NCBI GenBank assembly: GCA_000165425.1
Contig: CT868063.1
Coordinates: 558,001-622,000, forward strand
Direction: 5' to 3'
Length of the DNA stretch: 64,000 bases
Origin: Paramecium tetraurelia
Taxonomy: Eukaryota
The translations under genes were made by a program, and so were the position numbers. The notes below the pieces were generated by a model. That model was not told the DNA's origin. It searched no databases and was given only the letters and a program-made list of their open reading frames with translations. Positions 38,147 to 52,424 of this stretch are shown here, one piece after another; the stretch's first letter is position 1, and each line of letters starts with the position of its first letter.

Positions 38147-39853
38147 TCATTTTTCACCATCTGAATCAACGACTTTAATATCATTTCCGAATAAATCATC
38201 GAAACTGGCTTGTTTTTTCGTTTCTTTAATGTTTAAGTTTAAGGCTACTTGTTCTTAGATGTTTTATTGTTATTATTAATATCCACCAATGGATTACGAC
38301 ATACAAGGCAAAACTGGAGGTAGCCAATAACTATTGATCATACTTTAGCCTAAAGGCATCATGAATGAAGGTTAGTTAGCCAATAAGAGTATTGGTTAGA
38401 TATTGCTTTGTCTATTAATATCATCAATTGACTTTTATAGAAATAGCATATTGTGATCTGATTAAGTTAAAGTGGGACATTTGCTGTTGTTTTCTTCGCT
38501 TTTAACAGATTTATAGAGATGTTTGAGTATGAGTCCTTGAAAATCCAATGTGTTAAATGGAGATATAAATATGTTTTTAGTTTTTTTATTGAAAATTACA
38601 ACTCCTGATCTATCATTCTCAACATGGAATTAATTGTCCACTCTTTTTATGTTTAAGAGTTTTTTATATAAAATGCCATTTCTACTAGCATTCGAAGTGA
38701 TTTCATTGTGAAACAAATCAAAAAAGTCATCGTTTTTAATTTTCTAAGCTTCTTGGTATTTACCCTCTTAAACGCATAAATCAATATATAAGCTTTGAAT
38801 GGCCAAAACAATAAATTGCCATTCGTAATTATCAATTTCTTCGATGGGTGTAATATTACCATACTTCTTTGCATAATCCATTCTTAATTATTGAACTTTC
38901 GCAAATAATTAAGGGTTTATAGTTTCAAATTCGTATTTTAGTTTTTCCTTTTTTAAAAGAGAGTTGTATTTGTTCTTCAATGAATTTTCAGTTCTTACTC
39001 TACCATACAAGGCTGATAATTCCGACCACTTTTTGCCTCTTATCAAAATGGTCTTCAATAAATCGATCTCTTACTATTTTGACCATGGTTCACTAATTTC
39101 AATAATTAAATATTTACTTGCAAATATTTGGATCCAATCTATTAATCCATCTTTCTCTACATTGTTTTGGCTGTCTAAATATCTTATTAGGAGATCTCTT
39201 GTAAATCTCTCTGGCTATTTGAGACCACTTGTTCTCCTTCCCTAATCTACTGAATTCTCTAAAAATTATAATTTAAACTATTGCGTACTCATGAACTTGT
39301 TGTAAAAGCTAATCTTCTTCCTCAGTCCATGGAGCTTCGGAAAGGGAAATCTTGTATTTTTGTTCCCATTTGAGTCTGCATTAATGGGCATTACGTCCAA
39401 GTATCATTTTAGCAATATCTCTCCACTCAGAAGGTGTCTTATGGATATAAGAATAATTAAATATACAAGTGAACTTAAGTCTTTCACCAAACAATATCGA
39501 ATAACTATCCAATAGAATAAACGCTTATCAGTGTCATTCCATTTTACACTTCTCCTTCTAGCATTCTAGCTATAATAATTTAGTCTATAATTGAAATACA
39601 TGTTTATTTAGAATAACATTTTCGCTTCATCAATTGTAGGCCAATTGTCAAGCTTTAATCGAAGATTTGCACCTATTTTACTTAATTATTCTCTTGTTTC
39701 CACGAACTCTTTTGTATTCTCTACAAAAGTACAGAAATGCTGATTCACTACTTCGTATGGATAGACTTGAAGAATAACTTACTTAAACATACTTATTAAG
39801 TCTTCCATCTCACAACTCCCTGCTAGTTTTACTTCCTTTGTCTCAGTTTGCAT
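38147..39853 (-). CDS. Myb-repeat transcription factor (three repeats)
   Basis: WNDTDK..WRDIAK..GRNAHQCRLKW; PWTEEED..KWSQIA..RQPKQCRERWINRLDP; PWSK..GKKWSEL..RTENSLKNKYN. Confidence 0.9.
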
Positions 39854-39933
39854 AAATTAAATATATAATACTGTATTATTAATTCATAATTAACTACAGC
39901 GTTGATAATTGAATAAACAAAAGTGTTTATATA

Positions 39934-40487
39934 TCAATTAATGAGTTTTTTATAAATTTTATCAACTTCTTCTTTCATGTTGAAAATATTCAAAATATTC
40001 TCCTCCACTCTTATCAAACTTTGATTCTATGGTCCATCATGAGCAATGCTACTTAACTCTCCTCCGTTCATACTTCTCAACGTTCCATTAATCAAATCTT
40101 AATTGCTTGAGAGATTTCCAGGTTTTATTATTGATAATCCAGAAAACATTTATCTGCTGATTCCTACTCCCATTCCCTTTTTTGGTCCATTCTTTAATCT
40201 AAAGCTCTATAGAAAAGTATTCATATCATGCTTTTCTTCGTTTTAATTAACTGTCTTTTAACAAACTAATTACTTAAGTCTTAAATTTCGATTGTTTCAT
40301 CTTTTTATTTATAACATCTTAAATAATCCTCATAAGGTGTTTGATAATAGGATGGCAATCCTGGATAAGTATTAGGCATAAATTTTAACTACTTTGAAGG
40401 AGCTTCCAAAGAAAAACTTAAAAATTTTTAATTGTCACTTAATTTTATTTCCTTTTATCTCTCATTTTATCCATCATACCTTCTCAT
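39934..40487 (-). CDS. Hypothetical protein (176 aa)
   Basis: Frame closes correctly after removing one 23-nt GTA..CAG intron. Confidence 0.6.
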
Positions 40488-40797
40488 TAAAAAATAATTA
40501 TTAATTATAATTTTAAAGATAAAAAATAATGATTAATTATGAACCTATCTTTCTATGATTACTTTAGTAGTTTTGTTAAGTTATGGCAATCAAGACTTAA
40601 TTGTCTATTTTTAGTTATACAATACAGTTAAATTATTCTATAGTTCAAACATAAAGAATGTCCTCAAGAAGGTTGTATGAATTATATACATGACATAATA
40701 GAAATAAGTATAATACTAAATAATGAGTTTATATCCCCAATGAAAATATCTTTTAAGTGAATACTATATAAATATAATCGGATATTTAATAATATAA

Positions 40798-41826
40798 TCA
40801 GAATAAGACATGGAAACCCATGCTTGATGGTTATTAAGTTGAATTGCATCTATTTCTGGTAGTACTTGGAGCTGAAGATTTCGGTCTCGTAAAGAATTTA
40901 CGACTACTGATATTTCCTTGTCTCAAATCAAAACTTTAGGCCATTTAAAATGATGAAACATTTTTAAAAACCATATCATCAAATTTTAAGAACTTTTTTA
41001 TTATTTGAGTATTTTTTATAGCATTATGATTGCATTTGAATGAGCTGTTTATTTTCTAATTTAACCTACTTTAAAGATTCTGATTTTAAGTTTTTAAAAA
41101 TTCATTATTAACTTATAAATCATCCCTACTTTTTTATAATTTTTAAATAGACTTTTGATATTCAAGAAGTTCTTTAGATAGATTTGGAGTGAGACTCTAT
41201 TTTTCTTCAATTTGAATCTTTTGTTCTATACGAGGTTTCTATTTTTTCTATTTAATATGGTTTGTTTAAGTCCCAATAGAGGGATTCTCCTATAGATTGT
41301 TATTCATCATTTCGAATTGACTATTGTATTACATATTCTGTGATGCAATCTGTATTTGCTTTTAAGTATCCTTCAAAGGGTTTATTCCAGTTGATTGTTC
41401 TTGGTGGTTAGGATTAATGAAAATTTCAGCTAATTACAATTAGAGGTTATTCTTATGAGAGAAATATTCAGATTCAGAAATGATATTGTGACTTTTAAGT
41501 TGTAGGAGGAGGGAATTGATCTTCTAGGTTAAGAGTTAATTAACAATTTCAAGACACATATAATTTTTGGTCTGAATAGATTTAAATTCTTACTCTAATA
41601 TGAGTTTTGAGTATTGTTCATTTTTTAATCTGAGTTATTCACACGTAAGCTTGCATTCTTCATATTATTGAACAATTAACAAAAGTTATGATTTGTATTT
41701 TAATTCCAATTATTTCATCTATTAGACGACATAATCATGAGCTTTGGTTTAGAGTAAAGTTAATTTATCTCTGAGTTTAATTTCTTATGAGTCCCTTAAC
41801 ACTTACATGTATTAAATTTGATTCAT
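40798..41826 (-). CDS. Hypothetical protein
   Basis: Long ciliate-code frame ending RPKSSAPSTTR..SMGFHVLF-TGA; 5' end uncertain. Confidence 0.55.
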
Positions 41827-42043
41827 ATTAATTTGTTTTTATTAAAATATATTTTTGGGATTCAAAAGACATTTATAAATTTATGATTAATTTATTTATT
41901 TACTCTGCAAAACCGAATAGATGCTTAATTATTTTGAATAGAAGTCTCTCAAATTTTCTACTTTAGTATTTGATATTTAAGTATGAAATATGTTCTTGTA
42001 AATGAATAGTGAATTATAAGTTATAAATGAATTTGATAATTTT

Positions 42044-44506
42044 ATGTTAATATATATTTTATTATTGGGGTTAATTAATACTTAAAATGGACCCGTTTTG
42101 ATTGAGAAATTCGGAAGGAGCAAGAAGAAATAGGTTCAAGCACCTCCACCAGATTTTGAGTGCATCGATGAACTTGATGAAGATGATGCACCACCAAAGG
42201 AATACCCATTGAAAGTGGGATCTTTGTATCATTTATCTGATGGATGGTATTTGAGATCAGAAGATTCCACCAATCAATAGGTGACTCTAATAAACATGAA
42301 TGATATAAGCAGAATCAAATTTGTTGAGAAAGAGATAGAAGCAACATTACCTGACAAATAACCAGAACAGAAATTAAAGGATATGGAATGGACACCTTTA
42401 TTGGCATTTGAACGATTTCCTAGATAAAGAGGAGGTCATTCAATGCATTCAATAGGAGATTATGTAGTGTTATTTGGAGGATGTTTGTTGAACATTTAAT
42501 GTTTCAATGATTTATTTTTATTTAATGCAAGGACACGTATATGGACAACACCTAAGGTATTTGGAATACCTCCAGTAGGTAGGAGTGGATTTGGATCACT
42601 GGTTAATGGAGCAAGGCTGTACATATTTGGAGGACACACAATGTAAGGGTTGGTGAATGACTTATTTGTATTTGATTTGGAGAGTAGGAGTTGGAATTAG
42701 TTGTCTTGGCCAGGTTAAGCACCAACACCAAGGGCAGGTCATAAAATGGTATTGACTAAATTGGGAGGATTGATCTTTGGGGGTTTTGTTGGAGAAGTAT
42801 ACACAAGTGACATTTTTATTCTGGACTTTGTAAATGAGAGATGGGGAAAACCATCAGGTGGTGGAGATGTGCCTCTTGGAAGAGAGAGTTTCTCTATGAC
42901 TTATCATCATGGATTGACTTATGTTTTTGGAGGTTATGCTAAAGGTTTGATAATGAATGATCTTTATACAATCAATGAAGATTTGATTTGGCAGAAAAGA
43001 GAAGTTTAAGGTGACATTCCTAGTCCTAGATAAGGAGCAGCTATGGCTGAATATGATAACAGAATATTTATAGTTGGAGGATGTAATCCCATATTATTTG
43101 AATGCTATAATGATGTCTATACATTAGATACTCAATCAATGACCTTTACTAATGTGACTGTGGAGAAGTAAAGAAATTTAAGACAAGTTGCATATAGTAG
43201 TATGGTATTTGCGGGATCTTTATTGATTCATTTTGGTGGATGCAAGTTGTTAAAACATTGCAGTGATTCATTAATAGGATTGGCTGTGGCATCAGCTGAA
43301 ACATGTCCTCCTTGTAAAAATGATGGAGAGTGTAGAGCTGGTCATTGCAGTTGCAAATAGGGTTGGCAAGGAATAGATTGTACTTAGAAGGTTCTGTGTA
43401 AGTAAAATTGTTTGGAATAGGGAATTTGTTTAAGTAATGGATATTGTAAATGTTATCCTGGATACACTGGATCCGTTTGTTAATTGAATGTACCATGTCC
43501 AGGTAATTGTACTGATGAAGAACATGGTATATGTGAATTGGATGGAAAATGTAAGTGTTTTGAAGGATTCTCAGGTGTTACTTGCAGTGGCAATCCTGAA
43601 ATTGATAGCAAATTGCCACAATCAACGGGATGTTTGGATGAATGTAATCATAGAGGTCAATGTAATTTTGAAACTGGATTGTGTGCATGTGAGGATGGAT
43701 TCAGTGGTCCTGATTGTTCACTTGTCTAAGGAACAGAATCTGGATATACTTCTATTTGGGATCTGTTGAAGGATTATGATGGTGAACATGAGAATGATTT
43801 AGAACCAGCAGATACAGGAGAAGAGGATTTAAAACAATTTATTTCGACTGGATATAAATTTAATCAAAGATAAGAAGGACCAATGCCAATGTTTGATGAT
43901 GATATTGATAGAGTATATTATGTAGATGTAGATGAAAATGGTCATGTCGTAGATGATAATCATCAAAACAACCATAATTAAGATGATAATGTTTAAAAAT
44001 AGGATAACAAGAATGAAGACAATAATAATTATCAATAATCATTACAATATGATCCTAAATTTAAACCTTACAATATTTAAGAAGGGAATAATAACAATCT
44101 CAATATCTTATAATCCAATCAAAACCCTTTTTCATTTAATTTTATGATGGTACCTCCAAAGGTTTCATCCAAAGAAGAAGATCCCTTTAAATTGTTGTTA
44201 TTAGATGAATGTCCTAAAAGATGTTCCGAACATGGTGTATGCATTGAGAATGAGTGTTATTGTTGGTTCGGTTACACTGGAGATTGGTGTTAGGCTGAAA
44301 AAATCAGTGATTTCTATAAGGGATGGACAAAAAAGGGAGTGATTGAGGCATGCATTGTAAGTTTCATAGTAGGGATGATTATTGGCTATGGCGTAGTATT
44401 GCTAATGAAAAAGAGAGGAAATAATGATGAATTTAGAAATATGTCTGAGGTTCCAAGTCAGAATATTGATGACAATGAGGGAGAAGTGGAAGAATAAATT
44501 ATATGA
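42044..44506 (+). CDS. Type I membrane protein with Kelch beta-propeller and multiple EGF-like repeats
   Basis: 820 aa intronless: signal peptide, Kelch repeats (RGGHSM..LFGGC, YIFGG, RAGHKM..IFGG, YVFGG, IVGGC), EGF repeats (CKCYPGYTG, CKCFEGFSG, CACEDGFSGPDC), TM near C-terminus. Confidence 0.92.
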
Positions 44507-44665
44507 TATATAATTATTATAATCATTTATGAAATAGTCATATTTTCATATAATGAATTTGATCAATATGATGTAGAGATGATGAGATTCGTGTCACCAT
44601 AACAAATATTAGAGTTTAGTTTTGATGTAATCTGATAATTATTAATTTAATAAATTATACATAAT

Positions 44666-47438
44666 ATGGAAGAGAAAGAGATCGAATTATTCGGGGGCAA
44701 TTCTAAAATTAAAGAATAATAATAAGAAGAATAGGAATAGGAATAAATACAATATCGAAAGCAGGAATATAATTGCATCCGATTGTTGACTTTGATGTTA
44801 AAAAAGAATCTATTGCTCTTTCAAAGATAGAAATGTCTCTCTATCTTTTTATTCTTGTCACCGTTATTGATATGTCTACTAATCTTATTATGGCAATACC
44901 TTGTGGATCGATTCACAGGATTCCTGATAATAGATCCGCCCATAAAAGATATATTGAAATAAATCCCAAGATGTACATCTTATAATGATGATAATTGCAT
45001 AACAATCGGATATTTCGTCCTGGGACAAACCCAAGACTGGATCACAAATGTAATGAAACGAGTTGCCTATACTAATCGCCTAAAATTTGATTAGGATGTC
45101 AAATTTATAGGAAATTATGATCAACCAAGTCAGATTTCAGAATATCTATTGTCTCATATGAATCTCACTTAAATAGCAGTAGTATTTTGTACCGATTCTT
45201 GGATGTTGTATGATAAATAGCCAGAGATTTCAATCCCATGCCAGTTTGAAAGACTTGATAAATAGGTAGTATTCTATACCATATTGTACAATTACACTCT
45301 ATTGTACAGGTCTCCATATCTATCAGACATGAAAATAGCCTACCCCAAAGATGCCTATGCATCATCTCTCAAGATAAGTTTAGATAATGCTATTTTGAGA
45401 GAGTTCACCAAAATTCCTAAAGAAGATGACGAAGAATTCTTGTATATATCTTAATAGGAATTTCCCACTATCCCAACCAGATTTATGCAAGGAATAGACA
45501 TAGTGGGCAATTACGGTGCCTTTTACTTCTTCGCTCCCTACTTGCTTAACTTTTTGGTATTAATAAATGAGATGTTGTAAGAAAAGGGTAAGAAACTTCG
45601 ATAAGGTTTAACAGTGATGGGATTGACACACACAATCTATTGGATAAGTTGGAGTATCACAGCATTGCTTCTAGTAATCATTTTGACAACCAATCTGTTG
45701 ATTTGTGGGTAAGTGTTTAGGATGGATTTCTTTTTGAACACACCGAATCTGATTTTGTTCATTTTGTATGTGACTTTTGGGTTTTCGATTTCATTGGTGG
45801 CATTCTTTATAGTGGTTGTATGTCCAGATGTGAAAAATGGATACACAATAGCCTATGGATTCATACTAACAGCAATCCTGATGTAGATGTGTTTTACATA
45901 AGCAGGGATGTCAATTCTATTTTATCGTTTAGATGCTTCGAGTTGGGTTGGTATGGTGAGAATACTAATGAGTTTGTATCCAGCATTCAAATATTCATTG
46001 ATTTTTGCAGATATTTCTATAAAGTCTTGTCGACATTACTCTTTGGAAGAAGGGAGATGGGTAGAAGGAGACGGATTCACTTTTGCTGACTTATTCGCAG
46101 TAAATAGTGGTAAAGTACAATTGGATAAGAATGTCCAATATCAATCACCATGTGCAATGGATAACTATTTCCATTTACTATTGGCATGCATGTTCTACAT
46201 CTTGTTGACATACTATTTTGATCACATTCTTGAAAGTGTATGTTTATTATTCATTAATAGAATAGAGGAAAGGCTGATTCATTATTGTTCTGCATCACTA
46301 AACCCTTTAATATGTTCTTTAAGTCTCCTCCTTAGCCCATCACTGATCTTCAATACTAGTGTCATACTAATGATTCTGCTCAATTAGAGAAAGAGAGAGT
46401 AATCAAGAACTCCAATAACACCTACGTAGATGGATTGAGGATAATAGGGTTAAGCAAGACTTATCACAAATATTCCTTCAACATAATATCCAAAGATGAT
46501 GTTCATGCTCTTAAGGACATCTATCTAGAAATAAATTCTGGAGAATGTCTGGCATTGTTGGGACATAATGGAGCAGGCAAAACTACTTTGATTGGTTTGT
46601 TGACAGGGATGTTCAAACCATCTAAAGGTACAGCTCAAATTATGAATTATGATCTTAATGATATGGAAAAGATCAGAGCGATGTTAGGTGTTTGTCCGCA
46701 ATTCGATATTCTATGGAATCAATTGACTGCAGCTGAACATCTAAGGATGTATGCTACAATCAAAGGATTGCATAGAGATCAAATAGAGAATGAGATAGAT
46801 CTCAGATTGAAGGAGGTTGAATTATTGCATGTCAAAGATCAACAAATTCAAACATACAGTGGAGGAATGAAAAGAAGAGTGTCTTTAGCTATCAGTGCAA
46901 TTGGGAATCCAAAGATCATTATAATGGATGAACCAACGACAGGAATGGATCCCAGAGCTAGAAGGTAGGTTTGGAAAATGATTAAGAATATGAAACAAAA
47001 TAGAGTTGTGATACTAACTACACATGCTATGGAAGAAGCAGATGTTTTGGCTGATAGGATAGCTGTGATGGCTGAAGGGTAATTGAAGGCTATTGGTACA
47101 AGTTTGTTTCTGAAGAACAATTTCTCAGATGGATATAGAGTCAACATTATCACTGATTAGGTGGATGAATGTTTGTCCAAAATAAAACTATTATTAAACT
47201 AATTTAAACTATTAGACACTAGTGGTGGTAGCATTTTGTAAATTTATCATTTTATTTCAGAATCTCCATACCCTTTTAATATATGCAGGATCTGAAGGCC
47301 TTGTTTGAAGTATTCGAAAAGAAGGAATCAGATTTATCAGAAACTTAATTGCAATTAAGAAAGCTGATTAAGGATTGGGGATTGAGTCATGCAACATTGG
47401 AAGAGGTGTTCATGAAAGTAACTAGATGTTGTGAATGA
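44666..47438 (+). CDS. Half-size ABCA-family transporter (one TMD plus one NBD)
   Basis: EKGKKLRQGLTVMGL, Walker A GHNGAGKTT, GVCPQFDIL, signature YSGGMKRR, Walker B IIMDEPT, TTHAMEEAD, C-terminal TLEEVF; two tiny introns. Confidence 0.93.
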
Positions 47439-47519
47439 TAATTGTTATATTATCGAACATTTATTAAAGTTTGTTGTATCTATAATTTAATCAAATATTC
47501 CTATTATTTAATACTTATT

Positions 47520-48273
47520 ATGAAATCTCAAGCTGTCTTTACTTATTCCTTCCATACATCCAGAGATCCTTGCCATTTTTAATTTACAAAGACCATCCAA
47601 TAGAAACATAAACATTCATTTAGTGATCTCTTTGCTAGTAATTAATTAGAACAGCGTATCAATTAAAAGATAAGAAGAAAGAGTTGTCATTGCAACGAAT
47701 GTGGTAGAATGAGCAAATTCCAATTCAAATTTATGAATCTCAAACATCACCAACCACAAACAAGGAATCAGAGTTATACTCTTCATCCATCAACAGAACA
47801 TAGGCCAATTTAAAATAGATTCTCCATCTAACTTCCAAGTACATTCTAATCATTATTCAGATATCCAACACATTCGCAAAAGTTAGGGCTCCTTTCGTGT
47901 CAGTAGAAAATAATTAATCAATGATAAATCTGATGAACAAAGATCTCCCCTTCTGATCTATGACTCTTCCTTTGCCAGGTCCTCTATTAGTACAACCTAG
48001 AAATTATTGGAAGATACTGCTCACAAAAATAAACCTTTCAGACCAAGTTTTTTTCATTCTCATGATGGACCATCTCCGCTTGTACTTAAATCTCAGCAAT
48101 TAATTATTGAGAAACTCCCTTAAACTGAAAGATCTACAAATACTAAAATTAAACTCCGCAATAATCCCAAACTCTTGTGCCCACTCTTAATTGGGTTTAC
48201 TAAAAAAATATTCACTTTTTCAAAAATTAAACCAACTTAGACAAAAAAACACAATAGATTTAAAACATAATGA
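47520..48273 (+). CDS. Hypothetical protein with RRKSCxCxxCG motif (tandem family member 1)
   Basis: Frame closes after one 22-nt intron; motif RRKSCHCNECGRMSKFQF at 47673. Confidence 0.7.
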
Positions 48274-48518
48274 TATTCTTTATAATTTTATATTTATGTT
48301 TTAAACTTCTTAATAATTATTGTATATAATCATCAAAAAAAATAAATAAAATGTTCAATTCTTTATTCCAAAATGTTAATAATTTAAATTAACATATATT
48401 TTGATAATGAATATTATTTCTATTTCATTTATATTATATTGTAATAATAAATATAAGATTTTATTTAAGAACAGTAATTACAACTTTATTAAATTATTAA
48501 ATAAATTGAGAATTCACT

Positions 48519-49409
48519 ATGTCCTCATCAACTAATAAAAAAGGAATAAAACGTAGAAGCAAAAGTTTTATTCAACTTCCAAATCATCAAATAAGTGAAC
48601 AATTTAAATAAAGAAGAAAAAGTTGTAATTGTGATTCATGTGGATAACTTAGCTCTCTATAATTCAAGTTTATGAATTTATAATCATATATTTCCCATCT
48701 TTAAACCAACAAACCAAAGAAATATTAGAGCATTGAATCCACTTATATGGATTCTCAAGATGGCATCATTGCCAATAATTAAATTCATAAACGAATCCCT
48801 CAAACTATCGAAGTAAAATTGAAATATTATCCAAACCCTAACACAAGCCTAATTTAAACTAATTAGTTCCGCTATCAAAAGAAATAACGTTCAAATAGTT
48901 GTTGTTGTGATGAATGTGGAAATATGACTAAATTTCAATCCTAAACAAAGTTAATTTATATCTAATAAATAATTAAAAACAGACATACTAATTTTAGAAT
49001 TAAAAGAAACCTTGATTACATATTCAAAGGAATTAGTCCAATCGAAAGAAAATAAGAATAAGAACCTGAAGATGATGAAAATTATTCAACTTATCCAAAT
49101 CAAATCACCTCATTAAGAAGATCAAATCTAACATTGAATCAACCTACAAAACAACTCTAAAAAGGCTATTAAGGCAGTTCTAGAAAGGTGTTCCTTAAAG
49201 ATGCCTGCAAAACAACATTCTTCACTAAAACCAATTCAAATATTAGGGATCTAACATTGAAATCTGAAAGCAATAGTCCAAACGTTACAAAAAAAAAACT
49301 AAACCTGCCAATTGTGAAATCCTCCTACAGCAAAACAACATAAATAACCAATGAAGTTCAACTTTTTAAATTTACTCCTAAATTAAATAGTATTAATCTA
49401 ATATCTTGA
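48519..49409 (+). CDS. Hypothetical protein with two RxxSCxCxxCG motifs (tandem family member 2)
   Basis: 296 aa single frame; RRKSCNCDSCGQLSSLQF (48612) and RSNSCCCDECGNMTKFQ (48888). Confidence 0.75.
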
Positions 49410-49495
49410 ATTAAAGATGACTATTATTAATATTTAATATTTATTATTTATTTGAAGTTGTATTTCTTTTAAGCTATTCCAATATTTTGAACATA

Positions 49496-50416
49496 ATGAG
49501 AAGATAAATAAGTAAAAAAGACTACACTATAAAATGTGAAATTGTTTTAAATAAAATCTCTAACTCTAGAAGTTTTAACATTTTACAGGTTTAAAATGAT
49601 GAAATCGAATAACCAAGAGGTTTAACAAGAAGAAAAAGTTGCTACTCATAATTATTTGGATACATGAATAAATTCTAAAATCGATACCATAATATTTTAC
49701 CTGAATTGAAAACCAAATATTGTACTTAAGATAAGGAGACTAAGGAAACCTATAGAAGACAAACGTAAATAGCTGAAGATACAGTCATAAGGAAATTTCG
49801 AAGAGGCCTTTAAGAATTGACAAAATGCTAAACTGTTATATAAACTCTAAAAATGCTTAAAACTAAGAATAGAAACATCTAAAATTTTATAAAATAAATG
49901 AGAACTCCTAATGATAAAATTGTTTAAGAAAAAACAAGAAGAAACAGTTGCTTTTGTTCAGAATGTGGTTCATAAAGTCAGTTTTAATTGACTCATTAAA
50001 ATGATCCATATTTCAACTATTTCAATTATAATGAATTTTTGAAAAGAAAGATAATTGATCCAAAAATCAACAGGTTTAAAAATAAACTATTAACTCATAT
50101 ATAATTAGAAAATATGAAAAAAAGCTTCGTCAATGAAAATAAATCATAAATCAATAAATATAGAACTGTTTCAAGAACTACTAATCTATTATTAAAGCTA
50201 TCCTCAACAAAACTTTCAAATTTTGATTAGAGATAATTTTCTATTCAATCAAAAAGAGTTAAAACTGAATTCACACAATGTTCTCCAAAGTCATTCAAAT
50301 AATACTCAAGTCAAACTACCAAATAAAGAAAATTTGTAACCTATTCAAATTATTAGTCAATGGTTACCAATTAAACTAAAGATAGCTTTAAATCTTTGGC
50401 TTCTATATATAAATGA
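49496..50416 (+). CDS. Hypothetical protein with one intact and one degenerate RRxSCxCxxCG motif (tandem family member 3)
   Basis: 306 aa single frame; RRKSCYSQLFGYMNKFQ (about 49627) and RRNSCFCSECGSQSQFQ (about 49937). Confidence 0.72.
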
Positions 50417-50942
50417 AACGTCATCATGAGTATTGAAAAAACTTATAAGATAAATCTTTATAAATATTAATTATAATCTTAAGAGTTTAGTCTTCCAAAC
50501 ATACTTAAACTAACTTATTCTATATATATTCATTTTTTTAATTGTTAAAACCTTAAACTATGCATTATTCTAGACTGAATTTGTATCTATCTTTCAAATA
50601 TCTCAAGAATTTCTTTCTTACATTAATAATTAAAAGGATTATATAAGAAAATACTATCTAAAATATTTTTCATTTCATTTTAGAATAATCTAAAGAAAAG
50701 TGAAGGCACACTTGGAGCTAATTGAAAATTCATTATGTTGATCCCAATTTTAATTTTCGATTTATAACTGCCACATAAATTATGTTATTTCTGTGTTATG
50801 TGTTCAAAATTGGAGTGGAAGTCAATCAATAAAATTTAATGAATCAGATTTCGATAATTGAATAATACTAATTAAACACAGTATTTTCATATTAAAGAAA
50901 TTATGAATTGTTATAATATATAATTTAAAATTCAAAATTAAA

Positions 50943-52275
50943 ATGAACTTTAGTGAAATCTTCCCAGGTGTAATATTTGCTTAATTTGCACCGAATAGCA
51001 AATATATTGTGTTGAGTAATGGAACAAGAGTGATTGTGAAAGAAACAGATTAATTACAATCAATTAACTTTACCCATTCATAAATTAATGATGCTTAAAT
51101 ACAATAAATAGAAATTTCTCCGAATAGTGAATTAATTGCATTAAGTTATCCAAAAAAGGGATACGTAGAAATTAGAAAAATAGATGAAGTTAATTGGTGT
51201 GCAAGAATTGATGATAGTGTTGAGACTATTTAATGGTGTCCAGATTCTATTTAATTAGCTGTTATTAGTGAATTTTAAGTAAAAATAAATAAAATCTTAA
51301 TAGATTAAAGCATCAATTTACAATTTGAATAACAAAAATGTGACTCATTTTAAAAATCCAAAATAAATTTCATTTAGTCATAATGGGAGATTCATGGTAA
51401 TGAGTGAAAGAAAAGATGCTAAAGATTTTATTGGAATTTATAGTGTTAGAGATTGGAAACTATTGAATTATCAACCATCTGATACTTTGGATACAGCATT
51501 ATTACAATGGTCTCATAATGACTCCTTCATTGGAGTTTAAGACACTGAATTAAATGTAATTCATAAGATAATAATGTTTTAGTTTCGACTTAATCTTCAT
51601 TGTCCTTGTTAAGGTTTATAAATGAAATTCGAACCTTATTCATATTCATTAGGCATCAAAGTTAGTAGGTTTGCCAACCAAAGCGATTTGATGGCTGTTG
51701 GAGCTAATGATGAAAAATTAAGAATCATTAATTTACTGACACTTAAATAAATAACAGAATTAGAGCATAAAATTACAAAGGATGTTCTAATTTATAAAGA
51801 AGAAGAATATTCTGATTAATATTCCTAGAGAGTAGTGACTAAATGTATTATAATAATATGATAATTAGTTACTTAAATGGAATAAGGTTGTAAAATCAAT
51901 ATCTCAAAGACCCAAAATGGTATTAGTTTATTGGAATGGAGCTATAAAGACGACTATATTGCCACAAAGTTTGATGGAATGTAAAATTGTGTATTCATTT
52001 GGGACATGGAATTATTGACCTTAAAAGCTATAATGGTTTAAATATTACCTGTTAAATCTTTTACATGGTCGAAGAATTCTACAACCCTAACAGTTTGTAC
52101 TGGAAGTAGTAAGATATTCTTTTGGAATCCAACATGTACCTCTGCTTGTGACATGCCATTCGATAAGAACTTCCATGTTGTAAAAATAGATTGGAGCACT
52201 GATCAAAAAAGTATGTTACTTTTTGATAAATCTGATGTCGTTGTTGCTTATCCAACTCTAGATGATAGTTTTTGA
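50943..52275 (+). CDS. WRAP73: WD40 protein WRAP73/WDR8 homologue (centriolar)
   Basis: MNFSEIF..FAPNSKY..RVIVKE..LQ, 'WCARID', 'MSERKDAKDFIGIY', 'YSLGIK', 'VFIWD' match the WDR8/WRAP73 pattern; three tiny introns. Confidence 0.85.
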
Positions 52276-52424
52276 TTAATTAATATGTTAAATCACCATA
52301 TTTGTCTAACATTATCATATGATATATTTGTGAGTGCAAAATGAAATAAAAAGACTATATTTAATATTTTAAAATGAGCGATACTCAATTCATCAGGAAA
52401 TTAAATATCAAACAACAATTGCAA

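Noticed and set aside
40539..40760. Short plus-strand frame of about 73 codons
   Set aside because: No homology cues; within chance expectation under the ciliate code
43829..44147. Hydrophobic Ile/Met-rich ORFs on both strands
   Set aside because: Alternative-frame and antisense readings of the Asn/Asp/Gln-rich spacer of the Kelch-EGF gene
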